Origin: a virus
Taxonomy: Duplodnaviria; Heunggongvirae; Uroviricota; Caudoviricetes
IMG/VR virus record: IMGVR_UViG_2541047719_000002
Location: 1-43,543 of that record
Reading direction: 5' to 3' (one strand)
Length of the DNA stretch: 43,543 bases
In this document: in pieces, positions 9,703 through 17,837 of the stretch
How the letters are laid out: each line of letters opens with the position of its first letter
How positions within the stretch are numbered: the stretch's first letter is position 1
Translations under genes and position numbers: made by a program
The notes under the pieces: generated by a model
The model's database searches: none
Seen by the model: the letters and a program-made list of their open reading frames with translations, nothing else
What the model was told of the DNA's origin: nothing

Positions 9703-9829
9703 ACGGATAGTCCTGGTATTGTTCCATCACATCCTGAGGATGCTCTTCGAACTCTTCAAATTCTTCTTCCATATATCACCTCTGTGGCTTGCTGCCAAAA
9801 CAATGAACCATCCGGAAATTCCAGATAGT

Positions 9830-10054
9830 TCATAATTCACTCTTCAATACTTCCAGCTTACTAATAGCCGAAAGATATCCGCGCTGATAGGGCATCATCA
9901 TTCCTTCGAGCTTGCCACTTCTTAACTCATCCCTGAGCAATTGTATTGCTTTATCAATAACCTCTGACTTAGCGTCCTTTATGGCTTGCTTGCGGGGCTT
10001 TGCTTTCTGCTTTGGCAGATTTCTCAAGCATGATGGAATGTATGTCTGATTCAT
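9830..10054 (-). CDS. Hypothetical small basic protein (early-left; cIII/kil position)
   Basis: 74-aa ORF from ATG 10052-10054, starting just after the stop of the N-like remnant. Confidence 0.4.
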   Translation of the reverse strand: MNQTYIPSCLRNLPKQKAKPRKQAIKDAKSEVIDKAIQLLRDELRSGKLEGMMMPYQRGYLSAISKLEVLKSEL

Positions 10055-10057
10055 CAC

Positions 10058-10204
10058 TTACCTCGCTGTCAGTTGTTTTGATTTCCGGTAGCCTGCCGAG
10101 TAAATGGCTACGTTTGGCAGGCACACAGCACCACCTTCAACTTCCTTCTAACGCGTTCCTGCAAGCGAAATGGCTCTTGAAACACGTTTACTGGCTCCGT
10201 CCAT
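10058..10204 (-). pseudogene. C-terminal remnant of an N-type (P22 gene 24-like) antiterminator gene, with in-frame TAG
   Basis: Minus-strand translation ...DGASKRVSRAISLAGTR-TAG-KEVEGGAVCLPNVAIYSAGYRKSKQLTAR-TAA matches my recollection of the P22 gp24 C-terminus (KAISLAGTRQKEVEGGSVLLPGVALYAAGHRKSKQITAR); TAG at 10148-10150 sits where P22 has Gln; 5' end overlaps the 3' end of HNH copy 2. Confidence 0.45.
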
Positions 10205-10721
10205 GATTTTCATGAAAGCCATATAGTGCATTGGCTTCTTTCCTTGCTTGTTTGGCATCATCTAAAAGTTTGAATGAGCCTAGGTATTTTCGTTTTCCAT
10301 CCACAGTTATCGATGCAACATAAAACCCATGCTCTTTTCTTTCTTCAACACCTGTAACTCCAGTTGATGAAGATGATTTTAAAGGCATGTTTTTCATATT
10401 CTCTTTGAAAGAAACGCTTCTTAAATTGGAGATTCTGTTGTCATCCTTAACGCCGTTTATGTGATCAATCACATCAGGCCAGTAGCCATGCACGTAAAGC
10501 CATGCAAGTCTGTGAGACTTAAATTTTTTACCTCCAATATTTATTCTCAGATAACCCTTGTTGTCAGGTGAGCCAGCCTTTTTACCTGGATACTTCTTGT
10601 TCCACGTCAAGGCAGCTCTGTTATCCGCAAACAAATGCTTTGCTCTCGGCTTCCAATAAAAGTCACCACTCACAGGATTGTAATGAAGAATCTCCCTTAC
10701 AGACACTTGAGTAAGATCCAC
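10188..10721 (-). CDS. HNH homing endonuclease with AP2-like domain (copy 2)
   Basis: 177-aa ORF, GTG start with AGGAGG RBS; HNH_3 motif (HRLAWLYVHGYWPDVIDHINGVKDDNRISNLR) and AP2-like C-terminus (GVTGV...LGSF...ALYGFHENHGRSQ). Confidence 0.8.
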   Translation of the reverse strand: MDLTQVSVREILHYNPVSGDFYWKPRAKHLFADNRAALTWNKKYPGKKAGSPDNKGYLRINIGGKKFKSHRLAWLYVHGYWPDVIDHINGVKDDNRISNLRSVSFKENMKNMPLKSSSSTGVTGVEERKEHGFYVASITVDGKRKYLGSFKLLDDAKQARKEANALYGFHENHGRSQ

Positions 10722-10857
10722 TTAAACCTCCTAACAAAAACACTTCAATAACCCTCCGGTTATGGAAATGTTCTTTTGTAGTGAGCAGCATTGCCGTTCA
10801 TCCTGAACCCGCCGCGCTCCCGACGCATGGTTTAAAGACGCGCCGTTCGTCTATGGG

Positions 10858-10952
10858 CTTATGATGTACTTAAAGTTCATTAATGTAAAGTACCAATAGT
10901 ACATTTTATGGGTATAAAAAGCTCACTACATCATAAGTTAGTGAACTTTAAG
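10858..10952 (-). promoter_or_regulatory. Candidate PL promoter and OL operator(s)
   Basis: Minus strand TTTACA-17 bp-CATCAT with an operator-like TGAACTTTAAGTACA (12/15 match to the OR palindrome) inside the spacer; second TGAAC half-site near 10942; immediately left of cI 3' end. Confidence 0.35.
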
Positions 10953-10963
10953 GAAATTTATTT

Positions 10964-11671
10964 TTATCCGAATCGCTTGTAATCGATTGACTGCCTAATG
11001 AGGACTTTGGCTAGAATGTGAAGTTGCTCTTCTTCACCTTCTTCTATGTACCATCGATCATAAGCGGCATTGTCAGAGATGACGGCAAGCCTGTTCTTTT
11101 GCATTTGCAGGCGCTTAACGTGCATTGTTTTCCCGTATACAAACACATAAATGCCATCGCCATCAAAATAGGTTATGGATACATCAACAAAGATCTCATC
11201 TCCCGGATTGATGGTTCCCTCCATGCTGTCACCGCGAACCGTGATGACTTTTACGCTTTCCTGTGGCCTTCCATTAAATAAAATTCTTGCCTGCTCGGGC
11301 GTATATTCAATTGCTCTTATCTTTTCTATAAATTCATTGGAAACCATGGTTCCTGGCCCGGCGCTCGCCTGAACATCCAATACATCAACACGATAAGAAT
11401 CATTTGATCTTGATAGATGATTTACCGTGATACCGTCATAATCAGCATAGCCATGCAGATATGCAGCAGTAGTTCCCAGCACCGAAGCCAGAGATTCCAT
11501 CTTGTCTTTTCTTGGTATTGACTCCCCGTTGAACCATTTACTAATGGCTTTTGGTGTGACCTTAAGCCTGACAGCTAAATCAGCCTGCCTACCATGCAAA
11601 GGTAATCCCGCTTTATCACAGGCCAGCGCAAGCCTCTGCGAGAAAGTTTCACGCTCTTTCTGTTGAACCAT
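10964..11671 (-). CDS. cI: CI-like prophage repressor (HTH plus LexA-like S24 autopeptidase domain)
   Basis: N-terminal HTH region (TFSQRLALACDKAGLPLHGRQADLAVRLKVTPKAISKWFNG) and C-terminal S24 motifs (GDSMEGTINPGDEIFVD...VKRL); start set at ATG 11669-11671; upstream ATGs at 11716 and 11728 are alternatives. Confidence 0.8.
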   Translation of the reverse strand: MVQQKERETFSQRLALACDKAGLPLHGRQADLAVRLKVTPKAISKWFNGESIPRKDKMESLASVLGTTAAYLHGYADYDGITVNHLSRSNDSYRVDVLDVQASAGPGTMVSNEFIEKIRAIEYTPEQARILFNGRPQESVKVITVRGDSMEGTINPGDEIFVDVSITYFDGDGIYVFVYGKTMHVKRLQMQKNRLAVISDNAAYDRWYIEEGEEEQLHILAKVLIRQSIDYKRFG

Positions 11672-11740
11672 AAGTTCAACTATATTAGGTATTGACTGTA
11701 CTATCAGTTCCGTCATAATATGAACCATAAGTTCACCACA
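11661..11740. promoter_or_regulatory. Divergent PRM/PR region with two copies of a 17-bp palindromic operator
   Basis: TTGAACCATAAGTTCAA at 11663..11679 and TGAACCATAAGTTCA at 11721..11735; PR TTGACT (11692-11697), 16-bp spacer, CATAAT (11714-11719) reading toward cro; leftward TAATAT 10 nt before the cI ATG. Confidence 0.55.
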
Positions 11741-11750
11741 GGAGAGAAGC

Positions 11751-11981
11751 ATGAACGAAGTTACGTTTGCAGAAGTTATCAAATCCGTTCGAGTTTCTGT
11801 TGTGGCTGATGTTTGTGGACTTACGCCAAAAGCCATCTATAAGTGGCTTGAGCGTGGTTCTCTGCCGCGCACCGAGTTCACTGGTGAAACCGAATATGCG
11901 GATAAGATCGCCAAGGCATCAGGCGGCAAGTACTCAGCAGCACAGATTCGCCGTATCGGTAAACAGCAGTTTGTCATGTAA
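11751..11981 (+). CDS. cro: Cro-like transcriptional regulator
   Basis: 76-aa ORF divergent from cI, immediately downstream of PR/operator; HTH-like segment (CGLTPKAIYKWLERGSLP). Confidence 0.6.
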   Translation: MNEVTFAEVIKSVRVSVVADVCGLTPKAIYKWLERGSLPRTEFTGETEYADKIAKASGGKYSAAQIRRIGKQQFVM

Positions 11982-12102
11982 TAAAAATGTACTTTCAGTA
12001 CCGAACGGCCCGGTATACGGTCGGGTGCCCGGCGTGGTCAAGGATGACTGTCAATGGTGCACGATAAAAAACCAAATTATTTACCTATGGAGATAGTAAG
12101 AA

Positions 12103-12399
12103 ATGGCACAAGCAAGCTACAGCAAGCCAACACAGCGAGAAATTGATCGCGCTGAAACTGATTTACTCATCAACCTGTCAACGCTTACCCAGCGCGGTCT
12201 GGCAAAGATGATTGGCTGTCATGAATCGAAGATAAGCAGAACGGACTGGAGATTTATTGCTTCGGTCTTGTGTGCTTTCGGAATGGCATCAGACATCAGT
12301 CCGATTAGCAGGGCTTTTAAGTATGCGCTTGATGAAATCACAAAGAAAAAATCCCCGGCTGCCACCGAGGATTTTAAGCAAATTGATATGCAATTCTGA
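12103..12399 (+). CDS. cII: CII-like transcriptional activator
   Basis: 98-aa ORF; HTH segment and C-terminus (KKKSPAATEDFKQIDMQF) resemble lambda CII (…KKRPAATERSEQIQMEF) as recalled; GGAG RBS. Confidence 0.8.
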   Translation: MAQASYSKPTQREIDRAETDLLINLSTLTQRGLAKMIGCHESKISRTDWRFIASVLCAFGMASDISPISRAFKYALDEITKKKSPAATEDFKQIDMQF

Positions 12400-12431
12400 G
12401 GGAATTACTGGATCAATCCACAGGAGTAATT

Positions 12432-12587
12432 ATGACAAAACGTCGTAAGAAATACCAGGAAAAAGAAGAGATTCGACACCCTGATTCACCTGAGGGATTA
12501 GTGGTAGCCGCAGCAAATAACAGGGCGTTCGCAGAGCGCCTTGTTGGTGTTTACAGACTAGCCAAAGCAGGAGTGAAACATGGGCGT
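12432..12587 (+). CDS. Hypothetical small basic protein between cII and replication genes
   Basis: 51-aa ORF not in the track, ATG with AGGAG RBS at 5-nt spacing; 3' end overlaps start of O-like gene. Confidence 0.35.
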
Positions 12588-13401
12588 CGTTAAGTTAGCT
12601 GATTACAGGCCTCAACTGGAGGTCGTGGAGCATCGCGTGGCAGATACCGAAGATGGTTTCATGCGCGTTGCTAACGAGATTACCGACAGTCTGCTGATGG
12701 CTGATTTAACCGTCCGGCAGTTGAAGGTGATGCTCGCTATCATGCGCAAGACATACGGATTCAATAAGCCGATGGATCGACTCACAAACACGCAGATAGC
12801 AGCCATGACAGGTATTCATCACACTCATGTTTGCGCTGCCAAGCACCAGCTTATCGAGCGTAAATTCCTCATTGCTGATGGCGTGAAAATCGGAGTGAAC
12901 AAGGTGGTTTCTCAGTGGATTAGCCAGGACAGCTTAACATTAGCTAAAACAGCTAATAAAACATTAGCCAAGTCGGCTAATGGGTATAAGCCAAGTCAGC
13001 TAAACACAAAAGACAATATACAAAAGACAATAAATACAAATACCCCCTTACCCCCTAACGGGGGTGGCGATGGGCAGGTTAAACCTGAACGTCGCAAGGC
13101 AGAACGAATCGACTACGAATCCTTCCTGAACGCCTACAACACCGAAGTCGGTGACAGACTGCCACACGCTGTTGCGGTCAACGAGAAACGCAAACGCCGC
13201 CTGAAGAAAATCATCCCGCAACTGAAAACGCCAAACGTGGACGGTTTCAGAGCGTATGTCAGGGCGTTTGTGCATCAGGCCAAGCCGTTTTACTTCGGAG
13301 ACAACGACACGGGCTGGACAGCTGATTTTGATTACCTGCTGAGGGAAGATTCGTTAACGGGAGTACGGGAAGGGAAGTTTGCAGACAGGGGGATTGCATG
13401 A
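12580..13401 (+). CDS. Replication initiation protein (lambda O-like N-terminal domain)
   Basis: 273-aa ORF; N-terminal region typical of phage O-type initiators; contains internal iterons; ATGA overlap with helicase gene. Confidence 0.8.
   Translation: MGVVKLADYRPQLEVVEHRVADTEDGFMRVANEITDSLLMADLTVRQLKVMLAIMRKTYGFNKPMDRLTNTQIAAMTGIHHTHVCAAKHQLIERKFLIADGVKIGVNKVVSQWISQDSLTLAKTANKTLAKSANGYKPSQLNTKDNIQKTINTNTPLPPNGGGDGQVKPERRKAERIDYESFLNAYNTEVGDRLPHAVAVNEKRKRRLKKIIPQLKTPNVDGFRAYVRAFVHQAKPFYFGDNDTGWTADFDYLLREDSLTGVREGKFADRGIA
12922..13045. repeat. ori: Candidate replication origin: four iterons AGCYAnnnCnGCTAA plus adjacent AT-rich tract, inside the O-like gene
   Basis: Iterons start at 12922, 12942, 12966, 12989 (spacing 20-24 bp), followed by AT-rich 13004..13045; same arrangement as lambda ori within O. 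Confidence 0.55.
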
Positions 13402-14774
13402 AACAGGATATCGAAGCGAGCGTTATCGGTGGACTGCTGATTGGTGGATTAACACCAACCGCCAGCGACGTTCTGGCAACGCTGGAGCCGGAAGCGTTTT
13501 CAATTCCGCTCTACAGGAAAGCCTTCGAGGTTATCCGCAAGCAGGCGAGAAACAGAAACCTAATCGATGCGCTGATGGTTGCCGAGGCGTGCGGAGAGGA
13601 GCATTTCACGTCAATCCTGATGACCAGCAAAAACTGCCCGAGTGCCGCAAACCTGAAGGGATATGCCGGAATGGTCGCGGATAACTATCACCGCCGTCTG
13701 GTGCTGGAAATCATGGATGAAATGCGTGAACCAATTCAGAGCGGAACCATCGACGCATCGAGTCAGGCGATGGATGAACTTGTAAAGCGTCTTTCAGTCA
13801 TCAGAAAGCCCCGTGACGAGGTTAAACCTGTACGGTTAGGGGAAATCATTACTGACTACACTGACACGCTTGACAGGCGTCTGAGGAACGGAGAAGAGTC
13901 AGATACCCTGAAGACCGGAATCGAAGAACTTGATGCCATCACCGGAGGGATGAACGCGGAAGACCTGGTGATAATCGCTGCTCGTCCTGGTATGGGGAAA
14001 ACCGAACTGGCGCTGAAGATTGCCGAAGGCGTTGCAAGCCGCGTTATTCCTGGTTCTGACGTCCGGCGCGGGGTATTGATTTTCTCAATGGAAATGAGCG
14101 CATTGCAGATTGCAGAGCGAAGCATTGCCAACGCCGGGAGGATGTCGGTTAGCGTACTGCGAAATCCTGCATCGATGGATGACGAAGGCTGGGCGCGTGT
14201 TGCTAACGGCATAAGTCAGCTTGCAGATTTGGATGTATGGGTAGTCGATGCCTCGCGGTTATCGGTCGAAGAAATACGCTCAATCGCAGAACGGCACAAA
14301 CAGGAAAATCCAAACCTCTCACTCATCATGGTGGATTATCTTGGCCTGATTGAGAAGCCGAAAGCAGATCGCAACGACCTCGCAATTGCTCACATCTCCG
14401 GAAGCCTGAAGGCGATGGCGAAAGACCTGAAAACGCCTGTTATCTCCCTAAGTCAGCTTTCACGCGATGTTGAGAAGCGACCAAACAAACGCCCGACAAA
14501 CGCAGATTTGCGTGATTCAGGAAGCATTGAACAGGACGCAGACTCAATCATCATGCTCTATCGGGAAGCGGTATATGACGAGAACAGTAGCGCCGCGCCA
14601 TTTGCTGAAATCATCGTGACGAAAAACCGTTTTGGCTCGCTTGGTACGGTTTACCAGCGGTTCTGCAACGGACACTTTGTTGCATGTGACCAGGATGAAG
14701 CCAGACAGATTTGCACAGCATCAAATGCACCTGCTGCACGTGGCAGACGATATGCACAAGGGGCTGACGTATGA
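13398..14774 (+). CDS. Replicative DNA helicase (DnaB family, P22 gene 12-like)
   Basis: 458-aa ORF with DnaB N-terminal domain and Walker A ([13 protein letters not shown]) and RecA-like core motifs. Confidence 0.9.
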   Translation: MKQDIEASVIGGLLIGGLTPTASDVLATLEPEAFSIPLYRKAFEVIRKQARNRNLIDALMVAEACGEEHFTSILMTSKNCPSAANLKGYAGMVADNYHRRLVLEIMDEMREPIQSGTIDASSQAMDELVKRLSVIRKPRDEVKPVRLGEIITDYTDTLDRRLRNGEESDTLKTGIEELDAITGGMNAEDLVIIAARPGMGKTELALKIAEGVASRVIPGSDVRRGVLIFSMEMSALQIAERSIANAGRMSVSVLRNPASMDDEGWARVANGISQLADLDVWVVDASRLSVEEIRSIAERHKQENPNLSLIMVDYLGLIEKPKADRNDLAIAHISGSLKAMAKDLKTPVISLSQLSRDVEKRPNKRPTNADLRDSGSIEQDADSIIMLYREAVYDENSSAAPFAEIIVTKNRFGSLGTVYQRFCNGHFVACDQDEARQICTASNAPAARGRRYAQGADV

Positions 14775-14854
14775 CCATCTACATCACTGAGTTAATAACA
14801 GGCCTGCTGGTAATCGCAGGCCTTTTTATTTGGGGGAGAGTAAATCGTGGCTGA
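14771..14854 (+). CDS. Hypothetical 27-aa hydrophobic peptide
   Basis: ATG overlapping helicase stop (ATGA); single predicted TM segment; not in the track (below its length cutoff). Confidence 0.3.
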   Translation: MTIYITELITGLLVIAGLFIWGRVNRG

Positions 14855-15053
14855 GTTAATTTTCTCTGCATTGAGGATTCTCGGTGCTATGTGGATGGTG
14901 GCGACGTTCATTGTTGTTGCCAGCAGTTTTGTCCGGTTGGTAGGCGAAGGTAAAGACCTGGTAGGTGTGCTTTTCGGTAGCATTTTCCTGTGGGTGATTA
15001 TCGGTGTTATGCCTGTCGCTGTAGCAAAAATGGCGTGGCGTTTTGTGAGTTGA
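14847..15053 (+). CDS. Hypothetical small membrane protein (two predicted TM segments)
   Basis: 68-aa ORF, GTG start preceded by GGGGGAGAG RBS, overlaps preceding ORF stop. Confidence 0.4.
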   Translation: MAELIFSALRILGAMWMVATFIVVASSFVRLVGEGKDLVGVLFGSIFLWVIIGVMPVAVAKMAWRFVS

Positions 15054-15070
15054 ACTGAGGGTAAGTATCG

Positions 15071-15391
15071 ATGGACGAATCAAGAAAGCAGTTTGAAGAA
15101 AGTTGGTTTCGACGTGGAGGCGAATCCTCAGACCTTATCCGTTACCCTGAAAATCACCATGAAATTGGCAGTGGTAATATTGGTGGTCAATACGTGATGG
15201 ACGATGTTCAAGGCCACTGGCAAACGTGGCAGGCATCGCGATCAGCTATTGAAATAACCGCGCCAAAGTTTATCGACAGCAGAGAAGCATTAGCCAAAGG
15301 GTTTACTGTTGATTATTCCAATGGCTTCGGTGATGCAATGGATGCTTATGAGGAAAACATCCGCTCTGCTGGAGTCAAAGTGAAGGAGTAA
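15071..15391 (+). CDS. Hypothetical nin-region protein
   Basis: 106-aa ORF, ATG start. Confidence 0.5.
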   Translation: MDESRKQFEESWFRRGGESSDLIRYPENHHEIGSGNIGGQYVMDDVQGHWQTWQASRSAIEITAPKFIDSREALAKGFTVDYSNGFGDAMDAYEENIRSAGVKVKE

Positions 15392-15393
15392 CG

Positions 15394-15804
15394 ATGAAGC
15401 AAACAATCTTCCTCCGAAGTAAGCAACAACAGCAAGCCGCAATAAATGCCATCCTCGCAACACCACTCGATAAAGACAAGCCAGTCACCATCCGCATTAC
15501 TGACTACAAGCGCAACCTTGACCAGAACGCAAAATTTCACGCGATGCTGGCGGATATCGCTTGTCAGGTTCAATGGTGCGGCAAATGGTTAAAACCAGAA
15601 CAATGGAAGGTTTTGTTGATAAGCGGTCATGCAGTGGCAACAAAGCAGGAAGCTGATGTTTTGCCCGGCCTTGAAGGCGAATACGTCAACATTCGCGAAA
15701 GCAGCGCGCAGATGAGTGTGAAGCGTATGGCAAGTCTGATTGAGTACACGACAGCATGGGCTATTGGTCAGGGTGTCAGATTTACCGACAGGAGGTACGA
15801 ATGA
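15394..15804 (+). CDS. ninB: NinB (Orf family recombination protein)
   Basis: 136-aa ORF similar to lambda NinB as recalled (…[27 protein letters not shown]…). Confidence 0.8.
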   Translation: MKQTIFLRSKQQQQAAINAILATPLDKDKPVTIRITDYKRNLDQNAKFHAMLADIACQVQWCGKWLKPEQWKVLLISGHAVATKQEADVLPGLEGEYVNIRESSAQMSVKRMASLIEYTTAWAIGQGVRFTDRRYE

Positions 15805-15977
15805 GACGACAGCGACGAAGTTTCACCGACATCATCTGCGAAAACTGCAAATACCTTCCAACGAAACGCTCCAGAAATAAACGCAAGCCAATCCCAAAAG
15901 AATCTGACGTAAAAACCTTCAACTACACGGCTCACCTGTGGGATATCCGGTGGCTAAGACATCGTGCGAGGAAATGA
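15801..15977 (+). CDS. ninE: NinE-like protein
   Basis: 58-aa ORF ([58 protein letters not shown]) matching recalled lambda NinE; GGAGG RBS; ATGA overlaps. Confidence 0.6.
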   Translation: MRRQRRSFTDIICENCKYLPTKRSRNKRKPIPKESDVKTFNYTAHLWDIRWLRHRARK

Positions 15978-16924
15978 CGATGACTGCGTATTACAACGAA
16001 ATAGATCCGTATGCAGCGCAATGGCTGCGTAACTTAATTGACGCTGGAGAAATTGCCCCCGGTTATGTAGATGAAAGGAGTATTGAAGATGTCACACCAG
16101 GTGATTTGCGAGGATTTACCCAGCACCACTTTTTTGCAGGAATCGGAGTTTGGAGCTATGCACTTAGAAAAGCAGGATGGCCAGACAACAAGAGTATCTG
16201 GACAGGAAGTTGCCCATGCCAACCTTTCAGCTCGGCAGGCAAAGGAAAAGGGGTTGATGACGAGCGGCACTTATGGCCGGCATTCTTCTGGCTTATTGAA
16301 AAATGCAATCCTGGCATCGTTATTGGCGAACAGGTTGCAAGCGCAGACGGCCTCGCTTGGCTCGACCTTGTACAAACTGACTTGGAAGGTGCGAACTACA
16401 CCTCTGCAGGTACCGATATTTGCGCTGCGGGCTTCGGTTCTCCGCACATCAGGCAGCGATTGTATTGGGTGGCCTACTCCAACGACAAATATCAACTTTC
16501 AGCCAGAGACGCGCAGGGGAATTCAGAACCTATCTGGATGCGTGAGACTAGCGGGATGGCAAACTCCTTTAGCGAACGATGCAACAGGTTCAACGCATTG
16601 CTACAGCGGAAAAGACAAGAGCGGAACCCCAAGAATCTGCTTGAAACTTCCCGGGACGGTGAAGCTATGTACCCATTACCGGTTAACGGCTTCTGGAGAG
16701 ATGCAGACTGGCTTTACTGTAGAGATGAAAAATATCGTCCAGTTAGACCCGGCTCATTCCCGATGGTTAATGGCATTGCCAAAAGCTTGGGACGAGGCAA
16801 GTCCACACTGGGAAGAATGGCAAAGCGCAATCAAGATCAGCGAATTATTGGATATGGAAACGCAATCAATGCAGAAGTAGCAACGGCATTCGTGAAAGTT
16901 TGTATGGAGGTTGTTAATGCTTAG
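15974..16924 (+). CDS. Orphan DNA (cytosine-5) methyltransferase
   Basis: C5-MTase motifs: motif [10 protein letters not shown], motif [17 protein letters not shown]-like IGEQV; no adjacent restriction endonuclease gene. Confidence 0.8.
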   Translation: MTMTAYYNEIDPYAAQWLRNLIDAGEIAPGYVDERSIEDVTPGDLRGFTQHHFFAGIGVWSYALRKAGWPDNKSIWTGSCPCQPFSSAGKGKGVDDERHLWPAFFWLIEKCNPGIVIGEQVASADGLAWLDLVQTDLEGANYTSAGTDICAAGFGSPHIRQRLYWVAYSNDKYQLSARDAQGNSEPIWMRETSGMANSFSERCNRFNALLQRKRQERNPKNLLETSRDGEAMYPLPVNGFWRDADWLYCRDEKYRPVRPGSFPMVNGIAKSLGRGKSTLGRMAKRNQDQRIIGYGNAINAEVATAFVKVCMEVVNA

Positions 16925-17102
16925 CCCATCCCAATCCATTCAATACCAGAAAGAAAGCGTCGAGCGAGCTTTAACGTGCGCTAACTGCGGTAAGAAGCTG
17001 CGTGTGCTGGAAGTTCACGTGTGTGAGCGTTGTATATATGAATGCTTAAATATGGTGGAACATAATGAGAAATATAAGCAACATAGACGAATTAAGAAAT
17101 AA
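16917..17102 (+). pseudogene. ninF: ninF 5' fragment (NinF residues 1-39 fused to a 22-codon out-of-context tail), interrupted by HNH gene insertion
   Basis: [39 protein letters not shown] matches recalled lambda NinF up to codon 39 (17033); sequence diverges from 17034. Confidence 0.6.
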
Positions 17103-17571
17103 ATTATCATATGATGATGTTTTAGGTGTACTTAGATGGAAAGTGTCTCCTTCTAATAATGTTAAGGTTGGCAGTGTTGCTGGTTACATTAGGAGTGATG
17201 GTTATAGGATGTTAACTATCGATGGTGTAATTACTTATGCTCACCACGTTATATGGATGATAAATAATGGTGAGATTCCATTAGGGTATAAAATTGATCA
17301 TATAAATGGAGTAAGGTCAGATAATAGGCTATCTAATCTTCGATTGGTTACACACCAACAGAATGCACAGAACCAAAAGAGAAAAATAACCAATTCGTCA
17401 GGAGTGACTGGAGTATATTTCAATAAAGAGAGATGTAAGTGGATTGCGAATATATGCGTAGATGGGCGCACCAAATATCTTGGAATATTTGCTAGCATCA
17501 TTGACGCTATTGCAGAAAGGAAGAGGGCAGAAAAAGAACTGGGTTTTCATGAAAACCATGGTAGACCATAA
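17065..17571 (+). CDS. HNH homing endonuclease with AP2-like domain (copy 3), inserted within ninF
   Basis: 168-aa ORF, ATG with RBS; HNH_3 motif (HHVIWMINNGEIPLGYKIDHINGVRSDNRLSNLR) and AP2-like C-terminus (GVTGVYF...LGIF...LGFHENHGRP); AT-rich. Confidence 0.85.
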   Translation: MRNISNIDELRNKLSYDDVLGVLRWKVSPSNNVKVGSVAGYIRSDGYRMLTIDGVITYAHHVIWMINNGEIPLGYKIDHINGVRSDNRLSNLRLVTHQQNAQNQKRKITNSSGVTGVYFNKERCKWIANICVDGRTKYLGIFASIIDAIAERKRAEKELGFHENHGRP

Positions 17572-17572
17572 C

Positions 17573-17632
17573 TGCGCAGAACTGATGAGCGATCCGAATA
17601 GCTCAATGTACGAGGAAGAAGACGATGAGTGA
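17573..17632 (+). pseudogene. ninF: ninF 3' fragment (encodes CAELMSDPNSSMYEEEDDE)
   Basis: Directly after the HNH stop; in frame with the ninF 5' fragment if 17034..17572 is removed; matches recalled lambda NinF C-terminus. Confidence 0.5.
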
Positions 17633-17837
17633 TTACCTGAAATGGTATCTCTGCCACCGCTGGTTAATTAAGTTTGCTGTAAAAGACTGGATGACAGCGG
17701 ATGCCAACAAGCTTAAACAACGAAAGGACTATTACTACGCCAGAATGAAGGAAAACTACTGCTCAATTCGCACTCGCATATTTATTAAAAAAGACCTTCA
17801 GTCAATTCTTCAGTTGCGAGGGAAGGTAAATGGCTAA
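17625..17837 (+). CDS. Hypothetical nin-region protein
   Basis: 70-aa ORF, ATG overlapping the ninF stop (ATGAGTGA). Confidence 0.45.
   Translation: MSDYLKWYLCHRWLIKFAVKDWMTADANKLKQRKDYYYARMKENYCSIRTRIFIKKDLQSILQLRGKVNG

Noticed and set aside
9830-10057. This ORF as the N antiterminator itself
   Set aside because: It has no arginine-rich motif, whereas the frame immediately upstream carries clear similarity to the P22 gp24 C-terminus; it more likely occupies the cIII/kil position.
10964-11836. Full 290-aa ORF as the cI repressor
   Set aside because: The N-terminal 55 codons run through the PR promoter and both operator palindromes (the repeated ELMV comes from the repeated operator DNA); the HTH domain begins just after the ATG at 11671.
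12338-12375. oop-like antisense RNA terminator at the cII 3' end
   Set aside because: Only a weak AU-rich stem with a 14-nt loop was found; not convincing as an intrinsic terminator.
17034-17572. Group I or group II intron, or intein, interrupting ninF
   Set aside because: The insert is only 539 bp and almost entirely HNH ORF, leaving no room for a ribozyme core; it does not end in G and lacks a GUGYG 5' end; the ninF frame hits a stop at 17100-17102 and the HNH gene has its own RBS and ATG, ruling out an intein.
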